Origin: Heterodontus francisci
Lineage: Eukaryota
Reading direction: 5' to 3'
Length of the DNA: 64,000 nt
Assembly (NCBI RefSeq): GCF_036365525.1
Contig: NC_090390.1
Location: 63,179,559 to 63,243,558, forward strand
The notes under the pieces are model-generated. The model had not been told where the DNA came from. It made no database searches and was given only the letters and a program-made list of their open reading frames with translations. Position 1 is the first letter of the stretch; every line of letters begins with the position of its first letter. Both the position numbers and the translations under genes were made by a program. Below, piece by piece: positions 11,860 to 24,012 of the stretch.

Positions 11860-14825
11860 TAGAAGGTTCCTCAAGTGAGGCCATATGGGTAGAAGTCAAA
11901 GACAAAAAGGGGGAAATCACTTGGCTGGGAGTGTACTACAGGCCTCCAAACAGTCAGGGAGAGAGAGGGGAGCAGATATGTAGGCAAATCTCAGAGAGTT
12001 GTAAAAAATAATTGGGTAATAATAGTAGGGAATTTCAACTTCCCCAATATTAACTGGGATAGTCTTAGGGCAAAAGGCTTAAAGGTGGCAGAATTCTTAA
12101 AATGCATCCAGGAGAGCTTTTTGAGCCAGCACGTAGAAAGTCCTACAAGAGAAGGAGCAGTACTGGACCTAATCCTAGGGAATGAAGCTGGACAAATGGT
12201 AGAATTGTCAGTGGGGAAGCATTTTGGGGATAGTGACCATAACTCTTTAAGATTTAAGGTAGTTATGGAAAAGGACAAAGATGGACTGGAAATAAAGGTA
12301 CTGAATGGGGGAAGGCCGATTTCAATATGATAAAACAGGAATGGCCAAAGTGGACTGGGAGCAGCTACTTGTAGGAAAGGCGGCACAGTGGCGCAGTGGT
12401 TAGCACCGCAGCCTCACAGCTCCAGGGACCCGGGTTCGATTCCGGGTACTGCCTGTGTGGAGTTTGCAAGTTCTCCCTGTGTCTGCGTGGGTTTTCTCCG
12501 GGTGCTCCGGTTTCCTCCCACAAGCCAAAAGACTTGCAGGTTGATAGGTAAATTGGCCATTATAAATTGTCACTAGTATAGGTAGGTGGTCGGGAAATAT
12601 AGGGACAGGTGGGGATGTTTGTTGGGAATATGGGATTAGTGTAGGATTAGTATAAAATGGGTGGTTGATGTTCGGCACAGACTCGGTGGGCCGAAGGGCC
12701 TGTTTCAGTGCTGTATCTCTAATCTAATCTAATCAGACCAGTGGGAGTCACCAGTGGGAGTCATTCAAAGAGGAAATAGTGAGAATTCAGAGCCAACATG
12801 TTCCTGTAAAGATGAAGGGTAGGACCAACAAGTCCAGGGTACCCTGGATGTCAAGGGATATAGAGGATTGGATAAGGAAAAAAAAAAGGAGGCTTATTGC
12901 AGATTCAGAGCACTGAAAACAGCGGAGGCCCTGGAGCAGTACAGAACGTGTACAGGGGTACTTAAAGTAGTTAGAAGAGCGAACATGAAAAAACACTGGT
13001 GGGCAAGATAAAGAAAAATCCCAAGGCGTTTTATAAGTATATTAAGGGCAAGAGGATAACCAGAGGAAGAGTCGGACCCATTAGGGACAAAAGTGGCAAT
13101 CTGTGTGTGGAGCCGGAGGACATAGGTGAGGTTTTAAATGATTACTTTTCATCTGTGTTCACTATGGAGGAGGACGATGTAGGTGTAGAGATCAGGGAGG
13201 GGGATTGTGATATATTTGAACATATATTAGCTGTTTTAGCGGGCTTAAAATGCATAAATCCCCAAGCCCAGATGAGATGTATCCCAGGCTGTTATATGAG
13301 GCAAGGGAGGAGATAGCAGGGGCTCTGACACAAATTTTCAAATCCTCTCTGACCACAGGAAAGGTACCAGAGGACTGGAGGACAGCACATGTGGTACCAT
13401 TATTCAAGAAGGGTAGCAGGGATAAACCAGATAATTACAGGCCGATGAGTCTAACATCAGTGGTGGGAAACTAACTATTGGAAAAAATTCTGAGGGACTG
13501 GATTAATCTCCACTTGCAGAGGCGGGGATTAATCAGGAATAGTCAGCATGGCTTTGTCAGGGGGAGATTGTGTCTAACAAACTTGATTGAATTTTTTGAG
13601 GCGGTGATTAAATGTGTAGATGAGGGTAAAGCAGTTGATGTAGTCTACATGGACTTCAATAAGGCTTTTGATAAGGTCCTGCCTGGGAGATTGGTTAAGA
13701 AGGTAAGAGCCCATGGGATCCAGGGCAATTTGGCAAATTGGATCCAAAATTGGCTTTGTGGCAGGAGGCAGAGGGTGATGGTTGAGTGTTGTTCTTGCAA
13801 GTGGAAGCCTGTGACCAGTGGTGTACTGCAGGGATTGGTGCTGGGACCCTTGCTGTTTGTAGTGTACATTAATGATTTAGATGTGAATACAGGAGGAATG
13901 ATCAGTAAGTTCGCAGATGACACGAAAGTTGGTGGTGTCATAAATAATGAGCAGGAAAGCCTTAGATCACAGGACGATATAGATGGGCTGGTAAGATGGG
14001 CAGAGCAGTGGCGAATGGAATTTAATCCTGAGAAGTGTGAGGTTATCCATTTTGGGAGGACTCACAAGGCAAGGGAATATACAATGGATGGTAGGAAACT
14101 AGGAAGTACGGAGGGTCAGAGGGACCTTGGTGTACTTGTCTATAGATCTATAGGCAGCAGCACAGGTAGATAAGGTGGTTAGGAAGGCATATGGGATTCT
14201 TGCCTTTATTAGCTGAGGCATAGAATATAAGAGCAGGGAGTTATGATGGAGCTGTATAAAATGCTGGTTAGGCCACAGCTGGAGTACTGTGTACAGTTCT
14301 GGGCACCACACTATAGGAAGGATGTGATTGCCCTGGAGAGGGTGCAGAGGAGATTCACCAGGTTGTTGCCTGAGCTGGAGCATTTCAGCTCTAAAGAGAG
14401 ACTGGAAAGGCTAGGGGTGTTTTCCTTAGAGCAGAGAAGGCTGAGCGGGGACCTGATTGAGGTATACAAATTTATGATGGGCATTGATAGGTTAGATAGG
14501 AAGAAACGTTTCCCTTAGTGGAGGGGTCAATAACCAGGGGGCACAGATTTAAGGTAAGGGACAAGAGGTTTCGAGGGGGTTTGAGGAAAGGTTTTTTCAC
14601 CCAGAGGGTGGTTGGAATGTGGAACGCACTGCCTGAAGGAGTGGTAGAGGCAGGAACCCTCACAACATTTAAGTAGTATTTAGATGAGCACTTGAAACGC
14701 CATAGCATACAAGGCTATGGGCCAAGTGCTGGAAAATGGGAATAGAATAGTTAGGTGCTTGATGGCCGGCATGAACATGATGGGCCGAAGGGCCTGTTAC
14801 TGTGCCGTAGAACTCTATGACTCTA
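11860..14825 (+). mobile_element. 5'-truncated CR1 LINE (partial endonuclease, RT, 3' end), frameshifted
   Basis: GNFNFPNINW, LDLILGN, SDHNS, YRPMSLTS, QHGF, DFNKAFDKV, KFADDTK, RPQLEYC; tail CTCTATGACTCTA. Confidence 0.95.
12379..12734 (+). mobile_element. V-SINE nested in CR1
   Basis: Same family as 1097-1445; A box TGGCGCAGTGG, B box GGTTCGATTCC; (CTAAT)n tail. Confidence 0.92.
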
Positions 14826-15229
14826 GGAAGAGATTTAAACATGAGGATGAGAATTTTAAGCGGGAGGTGTTGGGTGACGAGTGTGATAACTTAGTAGGGC
14901 TTTTAGCAAGACTGGGTATGGGTTATAGGTGTTAATAGTTACTGCAATATTTACCATTATTATGGGCAAGAGTTGGAAGAGATAGAAATTTTAAAAGTTG
15001 GGGTAAAATTCTGGTACGAGAATAGACACTGGGCTCAGTGCCTTTTTTTTGCCTAGATTATTTAGCACACTGCCAGGAGTACTCAACTTCCTTTTTGGAA
15101 ACTCAGATGCATTAGAATGTGTTAAACTAATGAATAATTGAGCAGGCAATCCAAAATCACCTGCAATAATGCAGCGAAACTGCCACTTAAATGGTACATA
15201 TATAAAACACTGTGGGGCAATCCAGTTGT

Positions 15230-15490
15230 AAAATGGAAGAAGAATGCTGCCAACATAAATTTAGTGATGATGATCCATAGCTCATAATAGATGGCACGAA
15301 GGCACAAAAAAATGCCCTGCACAGTAAAGGAATGCAGTCAACCAACAAGCAGAGTGTTCTGCAAGCCTGGGAGGTCATCACCCTGGCTGTGAACATGAGG
15401 TCACGACTTCCCTTTGTTTTGCAACTGTAGAAACTGGAAGAATGTGTTTAAAAGTGTGTTTGACTCAAGAGAAAATTGCTACAGTGAACA
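15230..15490 (+). mobile_element. Old Myb/SANT-like (Harbinger) remnant
   Basis: KFSDDDP*LIIDGTKAQKNALHSKGMQSTNKQSVLQAWEVITLAVNMRS resembles a Myb/SANT-like helix pattern. Confidence 0.45.
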
Positions 15491-16050
15491 CAATGTGACA
15501 AAAACAGGCTGCAATTTAAGCAAACTGCTTTATATTTAGGAACCAGTTATATCAATTAAAGTTAAAGGTGTTAGATGCACTGTTTTGAATAGCTTAACAT
15601 ATGCAACCTAAATTTGTCCAGTAGCCTGCTGCAATTGCAACACAAAATAATCAAAGATGATTGAGAACAAGTGCCACTAACCAACAAGGGTAGCCTAAAA
15701 TGACTGAAGATTATTACCACTATTTCCACATACATCTGAAAGCTCAATGCACTCAGTCAAATCTCAAACAATCTTACATTCAGGTAAAACTATGCATTAG
15801 GCAATAAAATCACACTGTTGCCTGAAATACATAGTACAAAATATCCTTTCTCCTTGCAGATAAAAACTGAAGCAAAACAAGCAGTGGCAAGCACTTTGAG
15901 AAAGGTTATGATAGCGGTCTCTGGTGTGCTGGCCATACACAATGTATGTGACGTACACGTTGGGAAGAGGATAGTGCACAAAACAGAAGCAATCATTGCT
16001 GCAAACCTCATCTACGCAAACGTACTTCAGCAGATGTAAAGTTGTCATTT

Positions 16051-19000
16051 TGGAAGGATTTTCCTTCCAGGGTCGGGAAACAGACGTCGGGACTGTTTCT
16101 GGGTCCCAATCCCGCCCCGGGGGGGGTAGCAGTCACAGGCCCCGATTTTCATGGGGGCATCCAGTTAATTGGCTGGAGGGCAGGTTGGCAGCTAATTAAT
16201 GGCGGAGGGGTCAAAATGAAAGGGGGACTGAAAGCATGCTGGCCCAATTTACTCAGTGAATTGCTGCAGCAGTCATGGAAGAGCAAAGGCAGAGGGATGG
16301 AACTTGGGGCAGGGCTGCCCCTCACTTCACAAACACTGACCTGAGGGTCCTCCTTGAGGCAGTGAGGGAGAGGAGGGAGGTTGTCATTCCAGAGGGTGGC
16401 AGGAGAAAGCCACTCTCCTAAACGAAGCAGGAATGGATTAGGTTTGCTGAGACTGAGAGCAGCCGAAGTGTGGTGTGGAGGGACTGGGTACAGCGCCAGA
16501 AAGGCTCAATGACTTTATTCGCTCTGGCAAGGTGTGTGTAATCCCAGACCCTCATGACGAGCCTCTGGTATTTAACCTCTGGCAGACACACCAGCTGAGG
16601 AGCGTGAGTGCTGCTCTTGAACATGGGAAGAATGTATACCCAGGGTACCTACTCATCCCTCAGCAAGGCTCAGAGCCCGAGCGCACTTGAGGACTTGCCA
16701 GGACTGATACATGCAGCTTGCTATCTCAATGAGCCAATGGCATTGGCCAAAGAGGCCAGCAGTGCCTTAACTCTCTTTCATCCTTGCAGGAGAAAAGAGC
16801 TCATAATGCCCGAGAAAGGGTGCTGAGCAGAGCCCCATCTCCACATCGTGACTGCCATGGAGGAGGGAGCTATGGAAATTGCCAGGGTGGCCACCCCACC
16901 CCTCCTCCCCACCCCACAGCAAGTCGGGAAGGCAAGATGAGGATTCCTGGTGGAGAGGGTGTAAGTATTTTGAAATCAGTAAGTGAAGGGATTGCATTGC
17001 ACTCCACCCCATCCAACAGCATGCCAAAGACTCAGCTGCATTGGGAAGCCGCCGCAATGCTGGGGCTTCTGCTTTTGAGTTACTCACAGGTTCTGACGTC
17101 GAGGGAGAAGGACAGATTCCTGAGTCCACACCAGGGCAACTGCTGGCACAAGAGCGAGCACCATCACATCTTACAAATGCACCCTCCACCAGCTCAGATG
17201 CACAGCCACTTTGGTGGTGCCTTGTGCTCAATTAGAAAGAGTGCCACTGGGTGATGAGCAGTCATGAGTGAGCAGGAGGTGGTGAGAGAGGCAGAGGCAG
17301 CTGTGGACAGTTCCCCTCAGAGGATGCTCAGTTGGGCACAGGTGTCAGTCACAAGAAAGGAGGTTCTACTTAGACCAGCAGCAACAGATGTGTCCTCACA
17401 TGTCAGAGCTCCCTGGAGCAGTACACAGTCATGGGATGAGAATGGAGGCAACTCATGTGCGTGACCCTGGCTCAGGGCTTTGAACGCATGAGCTCCTCCA
17501 TTGAGAAAGTGGCCAACCTCATGGACAGCCATATCCATGGCACTCAAGAATGGATGCAGGGGCAGTGCACTCACATGCACAGAATGCATTCCACACTCTG
17601 TAGCCTTGACTGGTCATTAGTGCTGATGTTGCAGAGATGTTTGGACTGGATGCCAGTTACTCCCCAGCTGGGGCTCCCCTCTAGCCATCTGAGCACCAAC
17701 CAAGGGCTGAGGCAGTCACTGAGCAGGATGAGTGTGCCACCTGTCATGGGGCGTCATCATCAGCACCATCAGCCTCCTTGGCCCCTCTGACTGAGGGACC
17801 ATCTATGCAGCAGGACCCAATGATGAAGGCTGCCCCTGTATTGATGCCGGAGAGCAGCCTCTGGAGCTGCCCCCTAGGCACCTCCACAATGAGGACGACC
17901 GCCACATGCATCTTCAGCTGCAAGCCAAGGCAAGCGAGCAGGCTGCCTCCACCTCATCCAAGTCCTCAATGGGAGCACCAGATAGAAGTGTCCGACAGCA
18001 GACGCCGCCATTTTGGGCAGAGCACTGAGTGGGTCACTGGGGTTTGCCTCACCTGTATATGTACACCACTTTTTCTACACTATGTAAATATCGACACATG
18101 ATGCTAGACGTACGAGCTTCCATTCTTTAATGTCAAGAGAGGAAACAAGGGACAAGATGGTGATGGGAAGCAATGGTCCTTGAAGCGGGGCTATGAAACA
18201 TCTGGACAGATGTGCATCCCCTAATGGCAGTAAGAGTTGATCTATTCCAGTCTATGTCTTCAAATGAAAGCATTGTCACAGGCAGCTCAGACCATGTCGT
18301 CCTCCAGGGTTAGAAGGGCTCAGTTGAAATGCACCTGGATCAGATGATCCCTGGCGTTGATGGTATCCTGAAAAGACCCTCGAGTCCTGCGCAGCCCCAG
18401 CTACCTCCCTGTGCAGCTGGGGCACCTCTGTATTCTGCATCTTCCTCCTCCTCTTCTATGTCCTCCTCCTCCACGTCCTGCTGCTCCTCTTCCTCCAATG
18501 AGCTGTCATTCCAGGGTCTCACCATCAGGGGCATGCAATGGACAGTGCAACAGACCACCACAATGTGCAAGACCCTTGCAGGAGTGTACTGCAGGGCACC
18601 ACCCAACTGGTCCAGACCCCAGAACCATATCTTCAGATGCCCGATGGCCTGCTCGATGGGTCCTTATGAGCAGATGGATTTGAATGTAGCACCTCTGTGG
18701 CTCTGTCTTGGGGTCTTGTAAAGGGGTAGGTAGCCATCTCTTCAAGGGATATCCCTTGTCCCCTAGAATCGATCCACGTAGTTTGGGGGGTGGGGTGGAA
18801 TGAAGAGCTGTGGTAGTCCAGACTGGCGGAGGATGAAGGAGTCACAGCAGCTGCCAGGAAAGTGAACACACACACGTGCAAGCAACTGTTGTTGTGGTAG
18901 TAGAGCAGCTGAATGTTGATAGAGTGGAAGCCCTTCCTGTTGATGAATCTCACTGGCCAGTCACTGGGTGCCTTGATGTCCGCACAGGTGCAGCTCATGA

Positions 19001-20022
19001 TACCCTGCACCCGAGGGAATCCAGTGATGAGGAGAAACCAACCACGAGGCCCTATCTGTCTGAAATTGGATGTACTGTCCAGCTCTCTTGCAAAAGAGGC
19101 ATCAGTGATCTGCGAGATGCAGTGATGTACAGCCATTTGCAAGATTCCACCAAGGTCCACAGCTGATCCTTGTAAGGAGCCAGTGGTGAAGACGCTCAAG
19201 GCCACAGTGACCTTGATGGCTACTGACAGGGAATGGTGGACAGTGCTACGAGACGTGATGTTTTCCTCCATGAGGGCACAAATCTCTGTGACCATCTGCC
19301 TGCAGAGTCGCAGTCTGCTGCAGCACTGGTCCTCTGATATCTCAAGGTAGCTTCATCTTTGGCGGTAGATCCTGTTCTGAAGGTATGGCCTCCATTGCCT
19401 TTATGCCCCTTGTCCCTCTCCACCACCCTCCTCATATCCAGGGCTCTGCCTTTCTTTCAGAGCATGTTGCTCCTCATTGCCACTGGACCCAAAATCCGAG
19501 ATTCAAGCTCCCTTTGCCAGCTGTTGCCGTCCTTGTATTCAGCTGGACTCCCAATAATATCTGGAATCCTTACCCCCTTCTTTTATGTCCCGCAATGCCA
19601 GGAGGGCGACGACCCCCTGCACTGCCTGACGCGTAGTGACCACTCTGCCAACAACCTGTGCACACCCAATGGTACCTGTGTGCCAATGGCTGAGTGCCCT
19701 GCTCGGCCATTCTCCCTTTTATGAGTCCACCTAATTTCAGGGGAGGCCATAACTATCTTCCATTGTTACTGCCTCCATGCCTGGTCTGCCCCTGATGCAG
19801 TGTGCAGCCCAGGCCCCTCACTAAAATCCCTCTCAATGAGCTCCTTAGCTAGCTTAATTAGCCTTATGGCTGAATCAGGCAAGTTTGCGAGACCATCCTT
19901 CCCCCATCCTAATGAAACTCACCGGCGATGGAAACAGCGACAGGAAACCGTTTTGCCGGCACCACTATTTTCAAATGTCCACCTCCGTTCCCTGCCCCTG
20001 GCAGGACCTAAAAATACATCCC
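16051..20022. mobile_element. Near full-length degenerate Harbinger (PIF) transposon: Myb/SANT gene (+) convergent with HARBI1-like transposase (-)
   Basis: Plus strand about 16300-16530 FTNTDLRVLLEAVRERREVV...WVQRQKRLNDFIRSGK|gt; minus strand about 18330-19300 GFPRVQGI, FINRKGFHSINIQL, GDKGYPL, GGALQYTP; degenerate TIRs, TTT flanks. Confidence 0.85.
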
Positions 20023-20324
20023 TTTATTGACCCAAGAAATGTTTCATCTATTGTCTGTGCACTAACATGCCTAACTTTTCATACGTACCTATCACTTGTA
20101 ACCTACTTCTTGTTACAGATATGCCAGATCCCCAGGAGTAGCAAGCTAGGCCTTCTCATCAAGAAGGTTCACCTCAGCATTTAGCATTAATTAAAACAGT
20201 TATCAGCAATGGGATTCATATACCAGAGGATTTCAGTAAATTAGAGGAAGATTCCATTAGAAGTTGAAACATTTCATGCAGCTATTCCTCATACTTAAGC
20301 AGGACTGTCAGATTCTAAAGCAGT

Positions 20325-20963
20325 TAACTGGACCAGCCACATAAATGCTGTGGCTACAAGAGCAGATCAGAGGCTGGCGACCCTGTGGACAGTGACTCAT
20401 CTGCTTATCCTGTAAACCTTTCTACCATCAACAAAACACAAGTCAGGAGTGTTGGAATGCTCTCCCTTTGCCTGGATGGGTGCAGCTCCCAAACTCAAGA
20501 AGCTCAACACTATCCAGGACAAAGCAGCCCGCTTGATTGGCACCTCTTTCACCATATTAAACACTCACTTTCTCCACCATCACCACACTACAGCAGCAGT
20601 GTGCACCATCTACAAGATGCATAGCAACAACTCGCTAAGTCTTCTTCGATAGCACCTCCCAAACCCGTCACCTCTTCCACCTAAAAGAACAAGGGCAGCA
20701 GACACATGGGTACACCACCATGTGCAAGTTCCCCTCCAAGTCACACACCATCCTGACTTGGAACTATATCACACTTCCTTCATTGTAGCTGTGTCAAAAT
20801 CCTGCTACTCTCTCCATAACAGCACTATGAGAGTACCTTTACCACACAAACTGCAGCGGTCCAAGAAGGTGGCTCAACACCACCTTTTCACAGACAATTA
20901 GTGATGGGCAATAAATGTGGTCCTTGCCAACGGTGCCCACAACCTATGAATGATTAAAAAAAT
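20325..20963 (+). mobile_element. 3' fragment of the tRNA-headed LINE family (older copy)
   Basis: KLNTIQDKAARLIG, AAVCTIYKMH; ATGAATGA-poly(A) tail. Confidence 0.85.
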
Positions 20964-20987
20964 ACTTTGAGAGTGGCAGCCAGTACA

Positions 20988-22375
20988 GGGGAGGCGGTGG
21001 CGTAGTGGTATTGTCACTGGACTAGTAACCCAGAGACCCAGGGTATTGCTCTGGGAACATGGGTTCAAATCTCACCACAGCAGAAGGTGGAATTTGAATT
21101 CAATTAATAATTCTGGAATTAAAAAGCTAGTCTAATGATGGGCATGAAACCATTGTCGATTGTTGTAAAAACCCATTTGGTTCACTAATGTCCTTCAGGG
21201 AAGGAAATCTGCTTTCCTTACCTGGTCTGGCCTACATGTGACTCCAAACCCACAGCAATGTGGCTGACTCTTACATGCCCTCCTAAATGGCCTAGCAAGC
21301 CACTCAGTTGTATCTAACCGCTACAAAGTCAATAAAAAGGAATGAAACCAGACGCACCACCCGGCATCGACCTAGGCACCGGAAACGACAACGGCAAACC
21401 CAGCCCTGTCGACCCTGCAAAGTCCTCCATACTAACATCTGGGGGCTTGTGCCAAAGTTGGGAGAGCTGTCCCACAGACTAGTCAAGCAACAGCCTGACA
21501 TAGTCATACTCACGGAATCATACCTGACAATGTCCCAGATACTGCCATCACCATCCCCGGGTATGTCCTGACCCACAGGCAGGACAGACCCAGCAGGGGT
21601 GGCAGCACAGCGGTATACAGTAGGGAGGGAGTTGCCCTGGGAGTCCTCAACATTGACTCTGGACCCCATGGAGTCTCATGGCATCAGGTCAAACATGGAC
21701 AAGGAAACCTCCTGCTGATTACCACCCTCCCTCAGCTGATGAGTCAGTACTCCTCCATGTTGAACAGCACTTGAAGGAAGCACTGAGGGTGGCAAGGGCA
21801 CAGAATGTACTCTGGGTGGGGGACATCAATGTCCATCGCCAAGGGTGGCTCAGTAGCACCACTACTGACCGAGCACTAAAGAACATATCTGCTAGACTGG
21901 GTATGAGGCAGGTGGTGAGGGAACCAACAAGAGGGGAAAACATACTTGACCTCGTCCTGACCAATCTGCCTGCCGCAGATGCATCTGTCCATAACAGTAT
22001 TGGCAGGAGTGACCACCACACAGTCGTTGTGGAGACGAAGTCCAGCCTTCACATTGAGGATACCCTCCTTCGTGTTGTGTGGCACTACCACCATGCCAAA
22101 TGGGACAGATTTCAAACAGATATAGCAATGCAAAACTGGGCATCTATGAGGCGCTGTAGGCCATCTGCAGCAGCAGAATTGTACTCAACCACAATCTGTA
22201 ACCTCATGGCCTGGCATATCCCCCTTCCTAACAGCACTGTGGGTATACTTACCCCAAATGGACTGCAGCGGTTCAAGAAGGCAGCTCACCACCACCTTAT
22301 CAAGGGCAGTTAGGGATGGGCAATAAATGCTGGCCTAGCCAGCGACGCCCACATCCCATGAATGAATAAAAAAAA
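20988..22375 (+). mobile_element. tRNA-headed LINE, internally deleted (Pol III head, endonuclease, 3' end)
   Basis: A box TGGCGTAGTGG 20998-21008, B box GGTTCAAATC from 21062; endonuclease motifs TNIWGL, PDIVILTES, GDINVH, LDLVLTN, SDH; jump to 3' end near 22222; poly(A). Confidence 0.9.
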
Positions 22376-22922
22376 TGTAAATAGCTCCTTAGGAAACTTC
22401 TCAGGAAGCCTTTATATCTAGTCTTTCTAGTAGTATATTTCTTCAAATTGGATGGGCCTATTACCACCACCTATTAATTCAAAGACCACAAGAGGGAAAC
22501 CAACAACAGCTTTGTCATAAACAAATGCTATAGATTCACTGTTTCTGAAATAGAGATAAAATGCAACCAATAACATTGCCCCATGCAACATTAGTGCCAG
22601 CACATTTCAAACGCTCTATCAATCTGTGTGAGAATGCATATTTTTCTGGCACAGCAAATACATCACTCAACTGAGAGCATTAGAGGTGGAACCAGAATTT
22701 TGGCTGCCTGCAGCAAGTGAAGGACTGCTAGCTGCTCATGCAGCACAGTCAGGATGAAGGGAGGAGAGAATAAAGTAACAATTGACCAGGGAGGAAAAGG
22801 GGAAAGGGAACTGCCAAGGGGGAAATAAACTATTTTTTTTAAGAGAAGTGTCCATTCTACATAAAATCACTCCATTCTCTTAAAATTATCTTCCCAGCAG
22901 CATCATTATGAAAAACACTTAC

Positions 22923-23027
22923 GTCACTGGCCAATATTCCTCCTGCTTTGGCATGTAGTAATTGTGGAGTGTCCACCACTGAAGTATAGTGAGAAATGTG
23001 CTCTCCATGTCCACGTTTGTACTCCAC
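22923..23027 (-). CDS. NRAP: NRAP nebulin-repeat exon (human exon 7 equivalent)
   Basis: 105 nt, aag|VEYKRGHGEHISHYTSVVDTPQLLHAKAGGILASD|gtaagt; human VEYKRGHDERISRFSTVVDTPELL. Confidence 0.93.
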
Positions 23028-23652
23028 CTTCAGCAATTTAGAAATACAAAGGTTTTCATTGTGTCGAACTTTAACAATTAAGAATAGGCTCATTAAGTGA
23101 GAAGCCCTAAGCTCTTTAGTACCTGCTTAGATTTATCCCTGATGAACTTAGCTACCTTCTGATCATCAACTAATAGCTCACTCTTTGGCAAGCCTGGATT
23201 CTCTTCAAGTGAGTCCGCTTGACAAGAACTCGGCCTATGCTTCTGACTTGAAGGTCAATGAAGGAGAATGCATAATGTTTGCTCAAGCTAATGTGGTTAG
23301 CCAACTTTAACTTGGAGACATGTGGCAAGATTGTCAGTCCTACACAAGATCAGAACTGAAGTAGCACCAAAATATCCACTAACTTGCAAGCCAAAAATCC
23401 AGGAACATAACAGTTGTTGCTCAACATTTTCTATCAATTTAAAACATCTGCATGAAATGCTGGTAACAAAGTTTTCCTTTTCCTCCCAAATCAATTACTT
23501 CTTTTGGATCACTGGCTCAAATGTCTGTCCTATTACTAATAGCACGGCAGATGTTACAGCCCCGCATAACATTATTGTCGACCACATATAAATTAAACAT
23601 TCAAACCATTTACTGTTTCAAATTTAAGCTAAGTTATTCTTCTTTCACTTAC

Positions 23653-23757
23653 ATCACTGATAGCCTTTTGAGCCTGGGCAACTCGTACAAGCTCTGGACT
23701 TGTAACACAAGCAGAGTACCAACTTTTGTCTTCTTCATAGGCAGCCTGGTAAGCATG
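23653..23757 (-). CDS. NRAP: NRAP exon equivalent to human exon 5
   Basis: 105 nt, cag|HAYQAAYEEDKSWYSACVTSPELVRVAQAQKAISD|gtaagt. Confidence 0.9.
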
Positions 23758-23907
23758 CTGTAAAATTAAAACATGGGAGACCCACTTAAAAAAGGCACAG
23801 AGGTATTAGCTAATCACTTTAAACCACAGACATAACCAATGCCTGATGTTAAAACACATAAAATAAACTACATCTAAAGTAAACAAGAGCAACTGGTCAT
23901 ATTCTAC

Positions 23908-24012
23908 CTTACTGACAAGCTCCATATTTTTCTGTGCTTGAAGAATAGAGGGCATATCTGGTGGTAGGTGATATGATTCCTTTGTTTCATCCCATGCTTT
24001 AGTATATTGTAC
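23908..24012 (-). CDS. NRAP: NRAP extra nebulin-repeat exon (no counterpart recalled in human)
   Basis: 105 nt, phase 0/0, cag|VQYTKAWDETKESYHLPPDMPSILQAQKNMELVSK|gtagaa; typical nebulin module. Confidence 0.85.

Noticed and set aside
13478-14173. 231-aa RT ORF and other short ORFs in the track as host genes
   Set aside because: Fragments of decayed CR1/L2/LINE ORF2, or chance ORFs with non-ATG starts
18633-19295. 220-aa ORF as a domesticated HARBI1 gene
   Set aside because: Frameshifted, catalytic DCTH motif degenerate (SCTC), lies within a TIR-bounded element
20998-21075. tRNA genes at A/B-box sites (also 1380-1440 and 12385-12445)
   Set aside because: These are retroelement heads continuous with SINE or LINE bodies; no proper cloverleaf or terminator
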